DNA of 64,000 nucleotides, from positions 544,001 through 608,000 of the forward strand of contig OZ244239.1 of NCBI GenBank assembly GCA_965217115.1, read 5' to 3'. Below the pieces are notes generated by a model. The model was not told where the DNA came from. It did no database searches and saw nothing but the letters and a program-made list of their open reading frames with translations. Shown here in pieces: positions 51,211 to 61,337 of this stretch. Within the stretch, counting starts at the first letter, position 1. Each line of letters begins with the position of its first letter. Source of the stretch: Bdellovibrionales bacterium. GTDB lineage: Bacteria; Bdellovibrionota; Bdellovibrionia; Bdellovibrionales; CAYMLA01. The translations under genes were made by a program, and so were the position numbers.

Positions 51211-52221
51211 ATGAGATTTCTTATATATTTTGTGTGTGTGGTGTTAACATTGAAGGTTGACGCAAACTCAGAACTAATAATTAGTAAAAACTGTTCTGCC
51301 ATTTTTTCTAGAACTAAATTAAATATTAATAATAAGGGAGCATCTCAGCAATTTGTAGAGTCCTTAAGGAAGGCACTCTTAGAAGTAAATAATAACTTGG
51401 ATCCATTAAAACAACCTGTAGGATATCGAATTGATCTCTACAAGGCTATTAAACACACGAGTAATTATAATGGCCCATTAAATCAGTTTGGAGTAATTAG
51501 GTCGTCTGAATATTATTCAGTCATAACTAAATCAGGAAAAATGCACTCTGTTCACCCTGAGTACAGTAAGGCAATTGCTGTACATGAATATGGGCATGAA
51601 GTTTTTGCGCAAAATATTGGGCAATATATCACAAATACGAGGGTACAAGAATTTTTCAAAGGGCGCGAATTAATATTTAAAAATCAGCAACAAACTAGTG
51701 TACTGAGGCAAAAAATTGAAAAATTGAAAAGAGCTGGTCTTAATAATGAAGAGATTATTGAGCATCCATACTTTGTAGAATTTGTAAAAAGACGTGACTT
51801 AATAGACAAAGGGTTAAATGCTTATTCTATAAATGAGAAACAGAAGAATATTATTATTTCTTACGATGAATTATTTGCAGATGTAATAGCAGTTATCGGT
51901 ACAAATAGACCTAGAGCGGTCTATCGTGCAAACAATGCAGGAGGAAGAGGCCATACTGGTAGAGACTTTACAGCACATACACCATTAAGAAGTTGGAAGG
52001 GTGCCTCTTTGCATGAAATGTTTTCCCCTACTAGGTCACATTTATGGAAACAGTATTTGTCCCATCCAAAATTTCAGTATGAGAAACCTAAGATATTAGA
52101 GGCTTTACTAAGAGCTATTGGTAAGGAAATTGATTTTTATACTTCTATTAAATTTGTAGATTTACCACATGAAAAAAACGCCAGATTAATTGACGCTTTT
52201 GGTAGGGAATTTGAACACTAG
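51211..52221 (+). CDS. Secreted zincin-like metallopeptidase
   Basis: Signal peptide; VHEYGHE and DELFAD. Confidence 0.7.
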   Translation: MRFLIYFVCVVLTLKVDANSELIISKNCSAIFSRTKLNINNKGASQQFVESLRKALLEVNNNLDPLKQPVGYRIDLYKAIKHTSNYNGPLNQFGVIRSSEYYSVITKSGKMHSVHPEYSKAIAVHEYGHEVFAQNIGQYITNTRVQEFFKGRELIFKNQQQTSVLRQKIEKLKRAGLNNEEIIEHPYFVEFVKRRDLIDKGLNAYSINEKQKNIIISYDELFADVIAVIGTNRPRAVYRANNAGGRGHTGRDFTAHTPLRSWKGASLHEMFSPTRSHLWKQYLSHPKFQYEKPKILEALLRAIGKEIDFYTSIKFVDLPHEKNARLIDAFGREFEH

Positions 52222-52252
52222 GTAGATGACCAAATATCTGCCCAAAAAGACA
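52217..52252 (+). repeat. Post-gene direct repeat, copy 3 (36 bp, supplies the TAG stop)
   Basis: ACTAGGTAGATGACCAAATATCTGCCCAAAAAGACA. Confidence 0.9.
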
Positions 52253-52510
52253 GATCGTCTCCACTCCATCCCTTTTAAAGGCAACCCTCAGAAAAATTGA
52301 AAAATTTACATCACTCGATGAATTTCCCCTTAAAGACATTGACATCTGTTATAATGGTTCAAAAGTTTAAACTGAATAAAAAACTTTAACCCTACTAATT
52401 TAATTTCTTAGATTAACAGTGCATACTAAAGAAGGAGAATTATGATGAGAAAAATAGGACAAAACGAAAATGGCTCGGCGACCCTTGTCACATTAATGGA
52501 GAAATTATCT

Positions 52511-53122
52511 ATGAAAACATTAATTCTAATTATGGCAATATTTGTGTCTGCTCAGGCATCTGCTAATGCCCAAGTATTAACTCAGATTGTGAAGAACATA
52601 ACTGGTTTGACGAGCACGGCTGGCAAGACTTCAAGGATTCAAAAAAAGGTTCTCAAAGAGTTTCTAGACCGACAGGTCATAAAAACTACCGATGACTTTG
52701 GACGCATATCAGAAGTGAAATTTCACCAGACACTAGACGTTAAAAATCTTGAGCTTACAATGACTTCTCTAAAACCCCGTAAAAGAGCTGGAGGTCCAGA
52801 TTGGACGATAAAAATCAATCATGTGGACTCTCTAGTTGAAGGGTTTAAAAAAGCAGACATTGATCGGTTGATAAAAAACTTTCTTAAAAGCAAAGGCTTA
52901 AAAGGGACACAAGTAAAAAATTCCAATCTCACAGACGTGAAGCATATGAACTATGGTATGCTCAATTATAAATTAAGCTCGCGCGCAAATGATTCTTTTA
53001 TAGAGATTGAATTAATCGATGTTAGCAGGATGTACAACCACGGGGATGTTATTGCTGGGCTTTTAGAGAAAATATCCACTAAATATCTTAATTTTTCAAA
53101 CTCAGCAGCGGCGTTGCTCTAA
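52511..53122 (+). CDS. Hypothetical secreted protein, paralog 1
   Basis: MKTLIL signal peptide (ORF opens at 52442); paralog of the next gene. Confidence 0.8.
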   Translation: MKTLILIMAIFVSAQASANAQVLTQIVKNITGLTSTAGKTSRIQKKVLKEFLDRQVIKTTDDFGRISEVKFHQTLDVKNLELTMTSLKPRKRAGGPDWTIKINHVDSLVEGFKKADIDRLIKNFLKSKGLKGTQVKNSNLTDVKHMNYGMLNYKLSSRANDSFIEIELIDVSRMYNHGDVIAGLLEKISTKYLNFSNSAAALL

Positions 53123-53327
53123 AGAAATTTTATAGCTAATGTCATTAAAAAGAAGGCAGACATTAAACCTGAGTATATGTCTGTGTCTTTTTAACGAGGT
53201 AAATAATTGATCCCCAGCCGACAAGGCGAGAAGACCATGGCGGGGTCACTTTGCAGCGCCTAAAATGGCACCTGTCTCAAATATCTACAGCCAAAAGGCC
53301 TTAACTCTCTTAAGTGGCATTCTAACA

Positions 53328-53342
53328 TGGCACTCGTATTGC
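53328..53342 (+). promoter_or_regulatory. sigma54 -24/-12 promoter
   Basis: TGGCACTCGTATTGC. Confidence 0.72.
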
Positions 53343-53406
53343 TCTAATAGTGGAGTGAAATGACGTGAAGTCATTGGAAATAAATCAAACGATGGAGAAA
53401 ATATCT

Positions 53407-54000
53407 ATGAAAACATTAATTCTAATTATGGCAATCTTTGTATCTGCTCAGGCATCTGCTAATGCCCAAGTATTCACTCAGATTGTGAAGAGCACGATTG
53501 CAAGTCCAAGGATTCAAAAAAGGGCTACCCAACAGTTTCTAGACCGACAAATAATAGACATTGTCGATAACTTTGCAGGCATATTATTAAAAGTGGATTT
53601 TCACAAAACACTAGGCGTTAAAAATCTTGAGCTTACAATGCTTTCTCTAAAAGACTATAAAAAAGGTGCCGCTTCAGAATGGAAGATACAAATCAAGCAT
53701 GTGGACTCTCTGGTTGAAGGCTTTAAAAGAGCAGACATTGATCGGTTGATAGAAGATTTTTTTAAAAGCAAAGGTTTAAAATGGACACTCATTAAATTTC
53801 CCAATAACATAATCGAGAAACATATAGACTCTGGCATGCTCAAATATAGCTTCAGCTCGTCCACCAATGACTCTGTTATAAATATTCGATTAATCAATGT
53901 TAGCTCGCAAGACGCCTACCAAACTATTATTACTGAACTCTTACAGAAAATATCCACTAAATATCTTAATTTTTCAAACTCAGCAGCGGCGTTGCTCTAA
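53407..54000 (+). CDS. Hypothetical secreted protein, paralog 2
   Basis: Same signal peptide and C-terminus as paralog 1 (ORF opens at 53365). Confidence 0.8.
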   Translation: MKTLILIMAIFVSAQASANAQVFTQIVKSTIASPRIQKRATQQFLDRQIIDIVDNFAGILLKVDFHKTLGVKNLELTMLSLKDYKKGAASEWKIQIKHVDSLVEGFKRADIDRLIEDFFKSKGLKWTLIKFPNNIIEKHIDSGMLKYSFSSSTNDSVINIRLINVSSQDAYQTIITELLQKISTKYLNFSNSAAALL

Positions 54001-54023
54001 TCCAAAAAGTGGAGAGATTAAAT

Positions 54024-55532
54024 ATGCGTCGTTATTCATCTGCTCTCTGGCTTTTTTCTTTGTTTCAAATATTTTTGGTTGGAAACACTTACGCCGATCA
54101 AGTATCTTTAGATCAAAAAATTGATTTCTTAATTCGTCAAAAATCCTTTTTTACATTACTGAAAAATGTCAATCATCAGCATCTCTCCCGTTATCAAAAA
54201 TGCCTTCAGAATCCAGAAGAGGATTTTACCATTACAGTTATCGGGGAAAATGCTCAAATGAAAGATTACACTCGTCCATGCAAGAAATTGATCAAAATTC
54301 GTTTTAGAAGGTCCTTTCGGCTACACTACGAAAAAATGAGACTCTACCTTGCATTGAGCAAAACAAGGTACAGAGAATCCCCAGAAATAATGTCTCAATC
54401 CAATAATATTGATCATAAACTCAATAGAGATATCTCACACCCATCATTTCTTGCCTACTTAGGGTTTAACTATCAACCTATGGATTTATCTCCTTTATCT
54501 GAAAGTGAAACGCGTAAAGCTCTAGATATGTACAGTCAAGACACAAAAGATTTTTGCATAAAATATAAAGAAAACCATTTGGATAAGAGATTATATTTTC
54601 TAAAAAATGAAACTGATAAAAAACACTTAAAAGAACGGTTTTGTGAAGAATCTCTATTAAAAATCAGCAAAAACCTTGGCCATACAAAATTCGAAAGAGC
54701 CTCGAATCAATTAAATCTAGAGCAATTAAATAGAGATTACCATCGTTCAATAGAATATAACCGAGACAAACTAAGGGCTACATACAAGGGGCTCTATGAA
54801 CAAACTATTTCAAAATACCCACTTCTGATATATGGAAAAACAGCTCACCCCACCAACAGGGAGTTATTAGATATTCTAGAGAAAATATCGATGCACAATA
54901 CTGCATTTAATATTAAGGTTGAAGATTATATCGTTGAAAATAACTTAGAGACTGAGATTAATAGTTTTCGCCAAGGCTTGCATAGTCCTAAGGAAAAAGA
55001 GGCCTTATTCGAAAACCTCCTTTTCTTTTTAAAAGAGGGTATTTTTAATGCCTATATGACTAAATACACACTGAACTCCCAGGATTCAGAGAAAATAAAA
55101 GAACTCGTTAAAGAGAAGAAAGAAACCATACAAAGAACAAATATGTTTAAGAGCCTGGGGCTTTTATCAGTTGCCCTTGGTAGTTGCTTTTTGCCTATTG
55201 GAAAAATTATTAAAGTGGCTCAAGTGGCTAAATATATAAAATTAGGTTGCTTTGTCTCTCTTGGAATACCGTTAAATCTATATTTTTTAAACATCGCTTA
55301 TCATGACTTTAATGACGGCTTGTCAGATGTCTTTTCCTCCCCTGATGGAGAGTATATTTTTGGTGATTTTCAACAACTCTCTAGCCATTATCAAATGATT
55401 GTTTTAAATACGCTTCTGCTTGGTGTTGGGATTGGTCCCATCAAAGAATTTGTCTCTATAACCAAACAGGCGGCCATCCTTAGAAACCCTCTAAGAGAGA
55501 AGAAAAAAAACCTTGATAGATACCTCAATTGA
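54024..55532 (+). CDS. Hypothetical exported protein with C-terminal hydrophobic helices
   Basis: GGAG RBS, signal peptide, about 500 aa. Confidence 0.75.
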   Translation: MRRYSSALWLFSLFQIFLVGNTYADQVSLDQKIDFLIRQKSFFTLLKNVNHQHLSRYQKCLQNPEEDFTITVIGENAQMKDYTRPCKKLIKIRFRRSFRLHYEKMRLYLALSKTRYRESPEIMSQSNNIDHKLNRDISHPSFLAYLGFNYQPMDLSPLSESETRKALDMYSQDTKDFCIKYKENHLDKRLYFLKNETDKKHLKERFCEESLLKISKNLGHTKFERASNQLNLEQLNRDYHRSIEYNRDKLRATYKGLYEQTISKYPLLIYGKTAHPTNRELLDILEKISMHNTAFNIKVEDYIVENNLETEINSFRQGLHSPKEKEALFENLLFFLKEGIFNAYMTKYTLNSQDSEKIKELVKEKKETIQRTNMFKSLGLLSVALGSCFLPIGKIIKVAQVAKYIKLGCFVSLGIPLNLYFLNIAYHDFNDGLSDVFSSPDGEYIFGDFQQLSSHYQMIVLNTLLLGVGIGPIKEFVSITKQAAILRNPLREKKKNLDRYLN

Positions 55533-55590
55533 ATGAAATACTATGACAGCCTTGATGGATGCGCTAGTTATTAACTACGAGGGGATCTAA

Positions 55591-56805
55591 ATGAAAAAAA
55601 TATTGAATGTGTTTGTAATCTTAATCACCCCTTTGTTCAGCGCCCTACTTACCTCTGCAAGTGACCATGTCGATGGACCTGTCACTAAGGAGCATCGTGT
55701 CGCCGATATTAGTGACTTCTATGTCTTTCAATCACCTGGGAACAAGAACAACACAACCATCATAATGAACACCTATCCGTTTGTAGGGAAATCTGGGCAT
55801 TTCTCAAATAAGGTGACATATGAGATTCATATCATTAACCTCAATATTAATAAATCAACGGGGATTTTTGATAAAAAAGAAAAAGCTAAGATCGTGTGTG
55901 AATCAGTCACCCCACATTCTTCTCGTGAAGATCACTCCCTCTCTAAAATAACTTGTACCGATACGAAGGGAAACAAATCAATCGCCACCCTCAATGCTAG
56001 CCCAAAAAGTAATTTCAATAATCATAAAAATAATCATTTCCCTATTTTTGCAGGTAGAAGGCTTGATCCATTCTTTATCGATACCAAGTGGGCCACAGAA
56101 ACAAACAATAGTGGAAAAATTAGCCCCTCTTCTGGAGGTGACAATGACATAGAAGATTTAAATGTCCTTAGCATTGCAATTGACATTAACTTAAAAGATC
56201 TCTTTGGTCATACTTCGTCAAAAATCTATGGCTTCTATGTAGAGTCACTAACACAAGACTCCCCTGGATCTGTAAAGAGAATCCTCGACAGAGTCGGGCG
56301 GGCAGAGATAACAAACTTCGCCATAAACCAAAAAACAGTTCCAGATATTAGAGACTCCTATAACCAAACCGATACTCTTAATATTCCACCGAGAAAGAAG
56401 AAAGAAATCCTTGATAGACTCCTCAATCAGATAAAATACTATGACAACCTTGATGGATACACTGACTGGAGTAAGAGCGAGCAACAACATCTTGCGAATA
56501 TTTTTATAGATGATTTTCTTGTCATTGACCTGTCAAAACCCTGTTCTGGTAACGGCTTCTTGGAGATAGAGAAATCACTCATTGCAGGGAGGCCCCACGA
56601 AACATGTGGAGGAAGAAAGCTCACTGACGATATTGTTGATCGTATTTATACATATTATATATCCAAGGATAGAAAAGAATATGGCGACTCTGTTAATACC
56701 CCATCCAAATCTTTTGGAAAAAGCTTTCCCTACCTAAACACGCCAGCAACAGGAGTCTGGGCTTGGATAAAAGCTAAATTTGCATACAAAAAAGCAAACT
56801 TTTAA
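55591..56805 (+). CDS. DUF4331 family exported protein
   Basis: SDHVDGP, ADISDFYVF, FAGRRLDPFFID, DRVGRAEI, FPYL. Confidence 0.82.
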   Translation: MKKILNVFVILITPLFSALLTSASDHVDGPVTKEHRVADISDFYVFQSPGNKNNTTIIMNTYPFVGKSGHFSNKVTYEIHIINLNINKSTGIFDKKEKAKIVCESVTPHSSREDHSLSKITCTDTKGNKSIATLNASPKSNFNNHKNNHFPIFAGRRLDPFFIDTKWATETNNSGKISPSSGGDNDIEDLNVLSIAIDINLKDLFGHTSSKIYGFYVESLTQDSPGSVKRILDRVGRAEITNFAINQKTVPDIRDSYNQTDTLNIPPRKKKEILDRLLNQIKYYDNLDGYTDWSKSEQQHLANIFIDDFLVIDLSKPCSGNGFLEIEKSLIAGRPHETCGGRKLTDDIVDRIYTYYISKDRKEYGDSVNTPSKSFGKSFPYLNTPATGVWAWIKAKFAYKKANF

Positions 56806-56827
56806 AAATAATTTAAACAATGACTAA

Positions 56828-58075
56828 CTACGACCTTCCATCACGAATCGCCAGGGACGGCCGCAACCCACTCAAACTACGGGCAGGTAACCAAGCACTC
56901 ATAAAGGCCAGCACTACAGATACCAAGAAAACTATACTCACTAAAAACAAATCCACTCGCACGGGAATTTGGGAATCGTAATAAATCCCTGGAAGCACAT
57001 TAAGAGGATAGGTCTTCAACAACCAAATGGCTAAAAAAGAAGAGATCATTCCCCCAATGATACCGAGCAATGACAGAAGAAAACCCATTCTGCCAAATAT
57101 CTTCGTCACCATCGCAGATGACATTCCAAGGGCCATCAACACCCCGATCTCTTGCTTTTTTTGTGAAACAAGTAACAACATCACTGTAATAACACTACAT
57201 ACAGCCATCAAACCACTCAAACATAAAAACAGCCCTATGACCAACTTCTCCAGTTTCAGTGCAAAAAACAATGCCGCATTACGATCTTTCCAAGATTCTA
57301 CAATCGCCCCCGGCATTTGTAATAATGCTTCTGTCTCTTCTAACAAATTCATATCATCCAACCACAACTCCACCCCTAAATAACGACTGGGAGATTCTTT
57401 AAACACATGAAGAGCCTTACCTAATTGATAAAAAATAAATTTACTATCCACATCTGACACATTCGTCGTGATGATTTTTCTCACCACCACCTTCTCTAAT
57501 CGAGGGACTTCCCCTGAGGGAAGTAACAGTGCCTCAGGAGGTATGACTGTCAATGTATCTCCTTCCAACACCCCCAATCTCTGTGCCAAATCAACACCTA
57601 TCACAACCTCCCCTGCCTCTAAAGGAAAATTGTCTTCCTCCTCCCACAAGGCTTCTTCCCCCTGATTCTTTTGTCGCAATTGTTGAAGGCGTGAAAACAT
57701 TTTTTCTAAAGACCTTCCCTTTAACCCTCTAGCCATAGCTCCACGGTAAGCGCCATCAATCGTTCTAAGAATAATATCCTGATTTTCAAAAATAGAAAAT
57801 TGAACTCCCTGCAAAGATTTTACTTTTTTGTAAAAAGAGCTCTCTTCGAGTTTTTTTAAATCATTCGAATCACTCGACCTAATGATCAAATGAGGTTCTA
57901 CTGATAGAATACGCTCCCTAATATTATCATTAAACCCATTCATTATACTCAACACTAGAACAAAACTAAAAACTCCCATAGCAATACCCAAAACACTCAG
58001 GCGAGCAATAACCTTTACCAAAGATCCTGAACGTTTAGAAAAGATGTATCGAGAAAAATAGACCCAACTAAGCAT
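56828..58075 (-). CDS. Lipoprotein-releasing ABC transporter permease (LolC/LolE family)
   Basis: VLSIMNGF, EIGVLMALG, PGIYY, WLPAR. Confidence 0.88.
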   Translation of the reverse strand: MLSWVYFSRYIFSKRSGSLVKVIARLSVLGIAMGVFSFVLVLSIMNGFNDNIRERILSVEPHLIIRSSDSNDLKKLEESSFYKKVKSLQGVQFSIFENQDIILRTIDGAYRGAMARGLKGRSLEKMFSRLQQLRQKNQGEEALWEEEDNFPLEAGEVVIGVDLAQRLGVLEGDTLTVIPPEALLLPSGEVPRLEKVVVRKIITTNVSDVDSKFIFYQLGKALHVFKESPSRYLGVELWLDDMNLLEETEALLQMPGAIVESWKDRNAALFFALKLEKLVIGLFLCLSGLMAVCSVITVMLLLVSQKKQEIGVLMALGMSSAMVTKIFGRMGFLLSLLGIIGGMISSFLAIWLLKTYPLNVLPGIYYDSQIPVRVDLFLVSIVFLVSVVLAFMSAWLPARSLSGLRPSLAIRDGRS

Positions 58076-58077
58076 GA

Positions 58078-58659
58078 TCAATAGGCCCACAGTGAATAGA
58101 AAAAAGATTTACACGATTCTATAAAAGTTTCCCAAAATCCTAAATAATAATTTCCAGAAACAACAGCTCTTACATAAATAGGATAATCAGGGGGGAACAC
58201 AGATTTAAACGTATCATAAGCCCTCTTCATATGTAGCCTTGATGTGATTAATAAGATATCACGACAATGAAGAGCGCCAATAATAGCCAAAGACTGTCTA
58301 GCATTACCATAGGTTGTTCTTGATTGTTTTTCCAAAATAACATTCTCCTCTTTTATATCACCATAAAAAGGCCATTGAGGAAAAATTTGACGTAACTCAG
58401 ATCGCGGATGAACACCTGAGATAATTAAATTCTTAACTTGTTTCCGAGCTAAAGCATCAAACCCTTCTTTGACACGACCAACACTGCCCGTCAAAACCAC
58501 GGCACAATCTGCCGATCTGTCCTCCAACCAAGAACTCACAGGAGTTCGAGAGACTTTTTGATATTCATCACGAATATTCCAAGTAAAAACCCCGATTAAC
58601 AAAACCAATAAAATTAGAAATTTTCGTGTAATACTCAATCTTGTTCTGATTTTCAGCAT
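58078..58659 (-). CDS. YdcF/DUF218 family protein
   Basis: VVLTG, IISG, SRTTYGNA, ITSRLHMKRA. Confidence 0.88.
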   Translation of the reverse strand: MLKIRTRLSITRKFLILLVLLIGVFTWNIRDEYQKVSRTPVSSWLEDRSADCAVVLTGSVGRVKEGFDALARKQVKNLIISGVHPRSELRQIFPQWPFYGDIKEENVILEKQSRTTYGNARQSLAIIGALHCRDILLITSRLHMKRAYDTFKSVFPPDYPIYVRAVVSGNYYLGFWETFIESCKSFFYSLWAY

Positions 58660-58661
58660 GT

Positions 58662-59048
58662 CTATTTCTGGAAGTGAGCAATCACCTCAATCTCCACATT
58701 AACTCCTTTAGGCAAGGCGCTTACAGCAACGCAGGAACGAGCAGGAAAAGACTCATGGAAAAAACTCTGATAAACCTGATTTACTTCTTTAAAATCATCC
58801 ATATCCGTCAAAAATACACTCGTTTTTATAATATGAGAAAAATCCAGGCCAACTTCCTTCAAGAGAGCCTTAATATTTTCCATCACGATTTCTGTTTGAC
58901 GCCCCACTTCTCCACGGAAAACCTCGTTAGTCTTAGGATCAATGGCTATTTGTCCTGAACAAAAGAGAGTGTTCTCTACGCGCACTGCTTGAGAATAGGA
59001 GCCAACTGGTAGAGGGGCTTGACTGGTCACAATAATGTTCTTTTTCAC
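58662..59048 (-). CDS. RidA (YjgF/UK114) family enamine/imine deaminase
   Basis: YSQAV, SGQIA, FPARSCVAV..LPK..VEIE. Confidence 0.93.
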   Translation of the reverse strand: MKKNIIVTSQAPLPVGSYSQAVRVENTLFCSGQIAIDPKTNEVFRGEVGRQTEIVMENIKALLKEVGLDFSHIIKTSVFLTDMDDFKEVNQVYQSFFHESFPARSCVAVSALPKGVNVEIEVIAHFQK

Positions 59049-59254
59049 TGAATTCTCCTCTCTCTATCCTACAGTTTGATATCCCATTGAGAATAAATCC
59101 TCTCCTACAAAAAGACAACCTCACATTTATTATCCTGAAGGTCTGGGACAATTTACTTCATAACATCGATTTTCCCACCGATTTTTCTATTTGACACTCT
59201 CAAATTTTATAAGAAAGATCTAAGACTCTATCTCTGTTTTCAAAGGAGCATGAA

Positions 59255-59653
59255 GTGTCCACCCAGAAAGAACCAACAGGTCTGCTGTCTACCCGCACCC
59301 TCGCCATGCCTGCCTATACGAACCCCAGCGGAGATATTTTTGGAGGATGGCTTCTGTCAGAGATGGACATCGCTGGAGCTATATTAGCTCAAAAACATGC
59401 CAAAGGGCGGGTCTCTACCGTCGCCTTAAATGGTATGACGTTTTACTTGCCTGTCTGCGTCGGTGATGTTGTCTGTTGCTACGCCAATCTGATTAAAGTC
59501 GGAAAAACATCTTTAACCATAGATATACAAGCATGGAAAACCCCTCAAAAAAGTACCCAGAGAATAAAAGTCACCGAAGGGACTTTCACCTATGTCGCCA
59601 TTGACGAAAACCGTAAACCTCGCCCTCTGCCCCACATCGACACGCCTACCTAG
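59255..59653 (+). CDS. yciA: Acyl-CoA thioesterase (hot-dog fold)
   Basis: NPSGDIFGGWLLSEMD, FTYVAID. Confidence 0.88.
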   Translation: MSTQKEPTGLLSTRTLAMPAYTNPSGDIFGGWLLSEMDIAGAILAQKHAKGRVSTVALNGMTFYLPVCVGDVVCCYANLIKVGKTSLTIDIQAWKTPQKSTQRIKVTEGTFTYVAIDENRKPRPLPHIDTPT

Positions 59654-59709
59654 AATTGATTCCATCGACTCTCTAAATAAAATGATTCTAAAACTCCCCC
59701 CACACGCTC

Positions 59710-61158
59710 CTACCCTCTCTCCTCTGTTAGATCCCTAAATGATTGCACAGTGTAATACTCAGCTTCTTTTATAATTTTCTCACTGATTTCAGTTTTACCC
59801 TCTAAATCCGCTATGGTTCTGGCAACCCTCAATAGAGACCCCCTTCTCCTCATAGAAGAAAACTTTGGCAGAAGATTTTTTAAAACAAACGCAGGGATGT
59901 CTCTCTCAATTTTATTCACACACAGCCGCTCATTCACCTGTGTAGATAAAGTTTTCTCTCTCCTGCTATTCATAGCAAATTCCTGACTCTGTTTAAGGTC
60001 ATCCAAAATATCCTTCACTCTTATCTCTTTCTCACTACCCCATTTGTGGCTAAAGTTTAAAATGGTAAAACGATCTAGTAATGGACCCGATAACCTCTCT
60101 AGATAAGCCATACATTTTCTCGCACTGCGATTGCAATTAATCACTTTTTGCGGAACCCATTTCCCACATGGACATAAATTCGTTGTGGATAAAATCAAAG
60201 ATCTCGCTGGAAAAATGCTGCACCTCCCTGAACGCACAATCGTGATCTCTCCTTGTTCAAATGGCTCCCGCAAACCCTCTTGAGCTTTGACTGAAAATTC
60301 TAGAAGTTCATCCAATAATAAAACTCCCCCGTGGGCCCTTGATATCTCCCCAGGTTGCGGAACTGTTCCTCCGCCTAATAAACCTATCGCTGTAATACTA
60401 TGATGGGGTGCCACAAACGGACGCCATTTCAAATGATGTCCAAACAGTCTTGACAGAATTTGACTCAGAAGAAAAGTGTCCTTATCAGGCTCTTTCAAAA
60501 GGGCGTGAATCATCTTTGCGGTCGTTGTTTTTCCCGACCCCGCAGGACCTGCAAACAGAGTCGAGTGTTCCCCGTGCACAACAATTTTTATGAGCTGTGC
60601 TACTGATAGAGATACTTTTAACTCAGAAAAATCCTCAGGCCTTTCAAAGGAAGGTTGCCAATTGGATCTCTTTGGCTTTAAATCATTCTTTAATTCTTGT
60701 AACTGATTGATTTGCAAAAAAGAATAATCTGACATCAGAGGACCGCTCCCTGTCAGAATAGAAATTTCTTTCCCATGCTCAAAGAGATCTGATAGATCCT
60801 CTGGCGCTTTCACCTCACCTGTTAAACCCAGCTCTCCATAGGCAAAAACTCTATCTCCTCCCCACCGTGGTTTTGGCACTTGCTCTGTTGCCAACAAGAT
60901 AGCAAAAGCAATCGCTAAGTCTAAACCACGACTTTGTTTCTTAAGATAGTGGGGTCGAAGGTTCACTAAAATCATCTGTGCCCGAGGAAATTGAAAACCT
61001 TGTGCCTTCAGAGCAGACTTCACACGCACCGTGCTTTCCTTAATCACCGAATCTGGCTGCCCCATGATCTGTATTTGAGGAATTCCTGATAGCAAGTGCA
61101 CTTCAACTTCAATTGGAAGTAATTTCCACTCATGGCGAATGAAAGAATGAACAGTCAT
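59710..61158 (-). CDS. comM: ComM/YifB Mg-chelatase-like AAA+ ATPase
   Basis: GPAGSGKT, PFVAPHH, PGEISRAHGGVLLLDE, CPCG, RVARTIADL. Confidence 0.88.
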   Translation of the reverse strand: MTVHSFIRHEWKLLPIEVEVHLLSGIPQIQIMGQPDSVIKESTVRVKSALKAQGFQFPRAQMILVNLRPHYLKKQSRGLDLAIAFAILLATEQVPKPRWGGDRVFAYGELGLTGEVKAPEDLSDLFEHGKEISILTGSGPLMSDYSFLQINQLQELKNDLKPKRSNWQPSFERPEDFSELKVSLSVAQLIKIVVHGEHSTLFAGPAGSGKTTTAKMIHALLKEPDKDTFLLSQILSRLFGHHLKWRPFVAPHHSITAIGLLGGGTVPQPGEISRAHGGVLLLDELLEFSVKAQEGLREPFEQGEITIVRSGRCSIFPARSLILSTTNLCPCGKWVPQKVINCNRSARKCMAYLERLSGPLLDRFTILNFSHKWGSEKEIRVKDILDDLKQSQEFAMNSRREKTLSTQVNERLCVNKIERDIPAFVLKNLLPKFSSMRRRGSLLRVARTIADLEGKTEISEKIIKEAEYYTVQSFRDLTEERG

Positions 61159-61337
61159 ACAACTCCTTTCACTGAGCATAATTATAAAAACGAAGCAATA
61201 ATAGAAGAGCCCTTGAAACACACTTGTTGCAAGAGCCATGGAGAAGATTTTCCCGGCGGATTTCTAATACAGGAAATAAATACGAATTATCTTCCATAAA
61301 ATGGTCAGAATTTCAGAAATAAAAATCGCTTCTGTTC

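Noticed and set aside
49407..52252. 36-bp repeats as a CRISPR array
   Set aside because: Spacing is 1.0-1.8 kb with whole genes in between; no cas genes in the window
52511..54000. Paralog pair as DGR template/variable repeats
   Set aside because: Differences involve all four bases plus indels, both copies are full genes, and there is no reverse transcriptase
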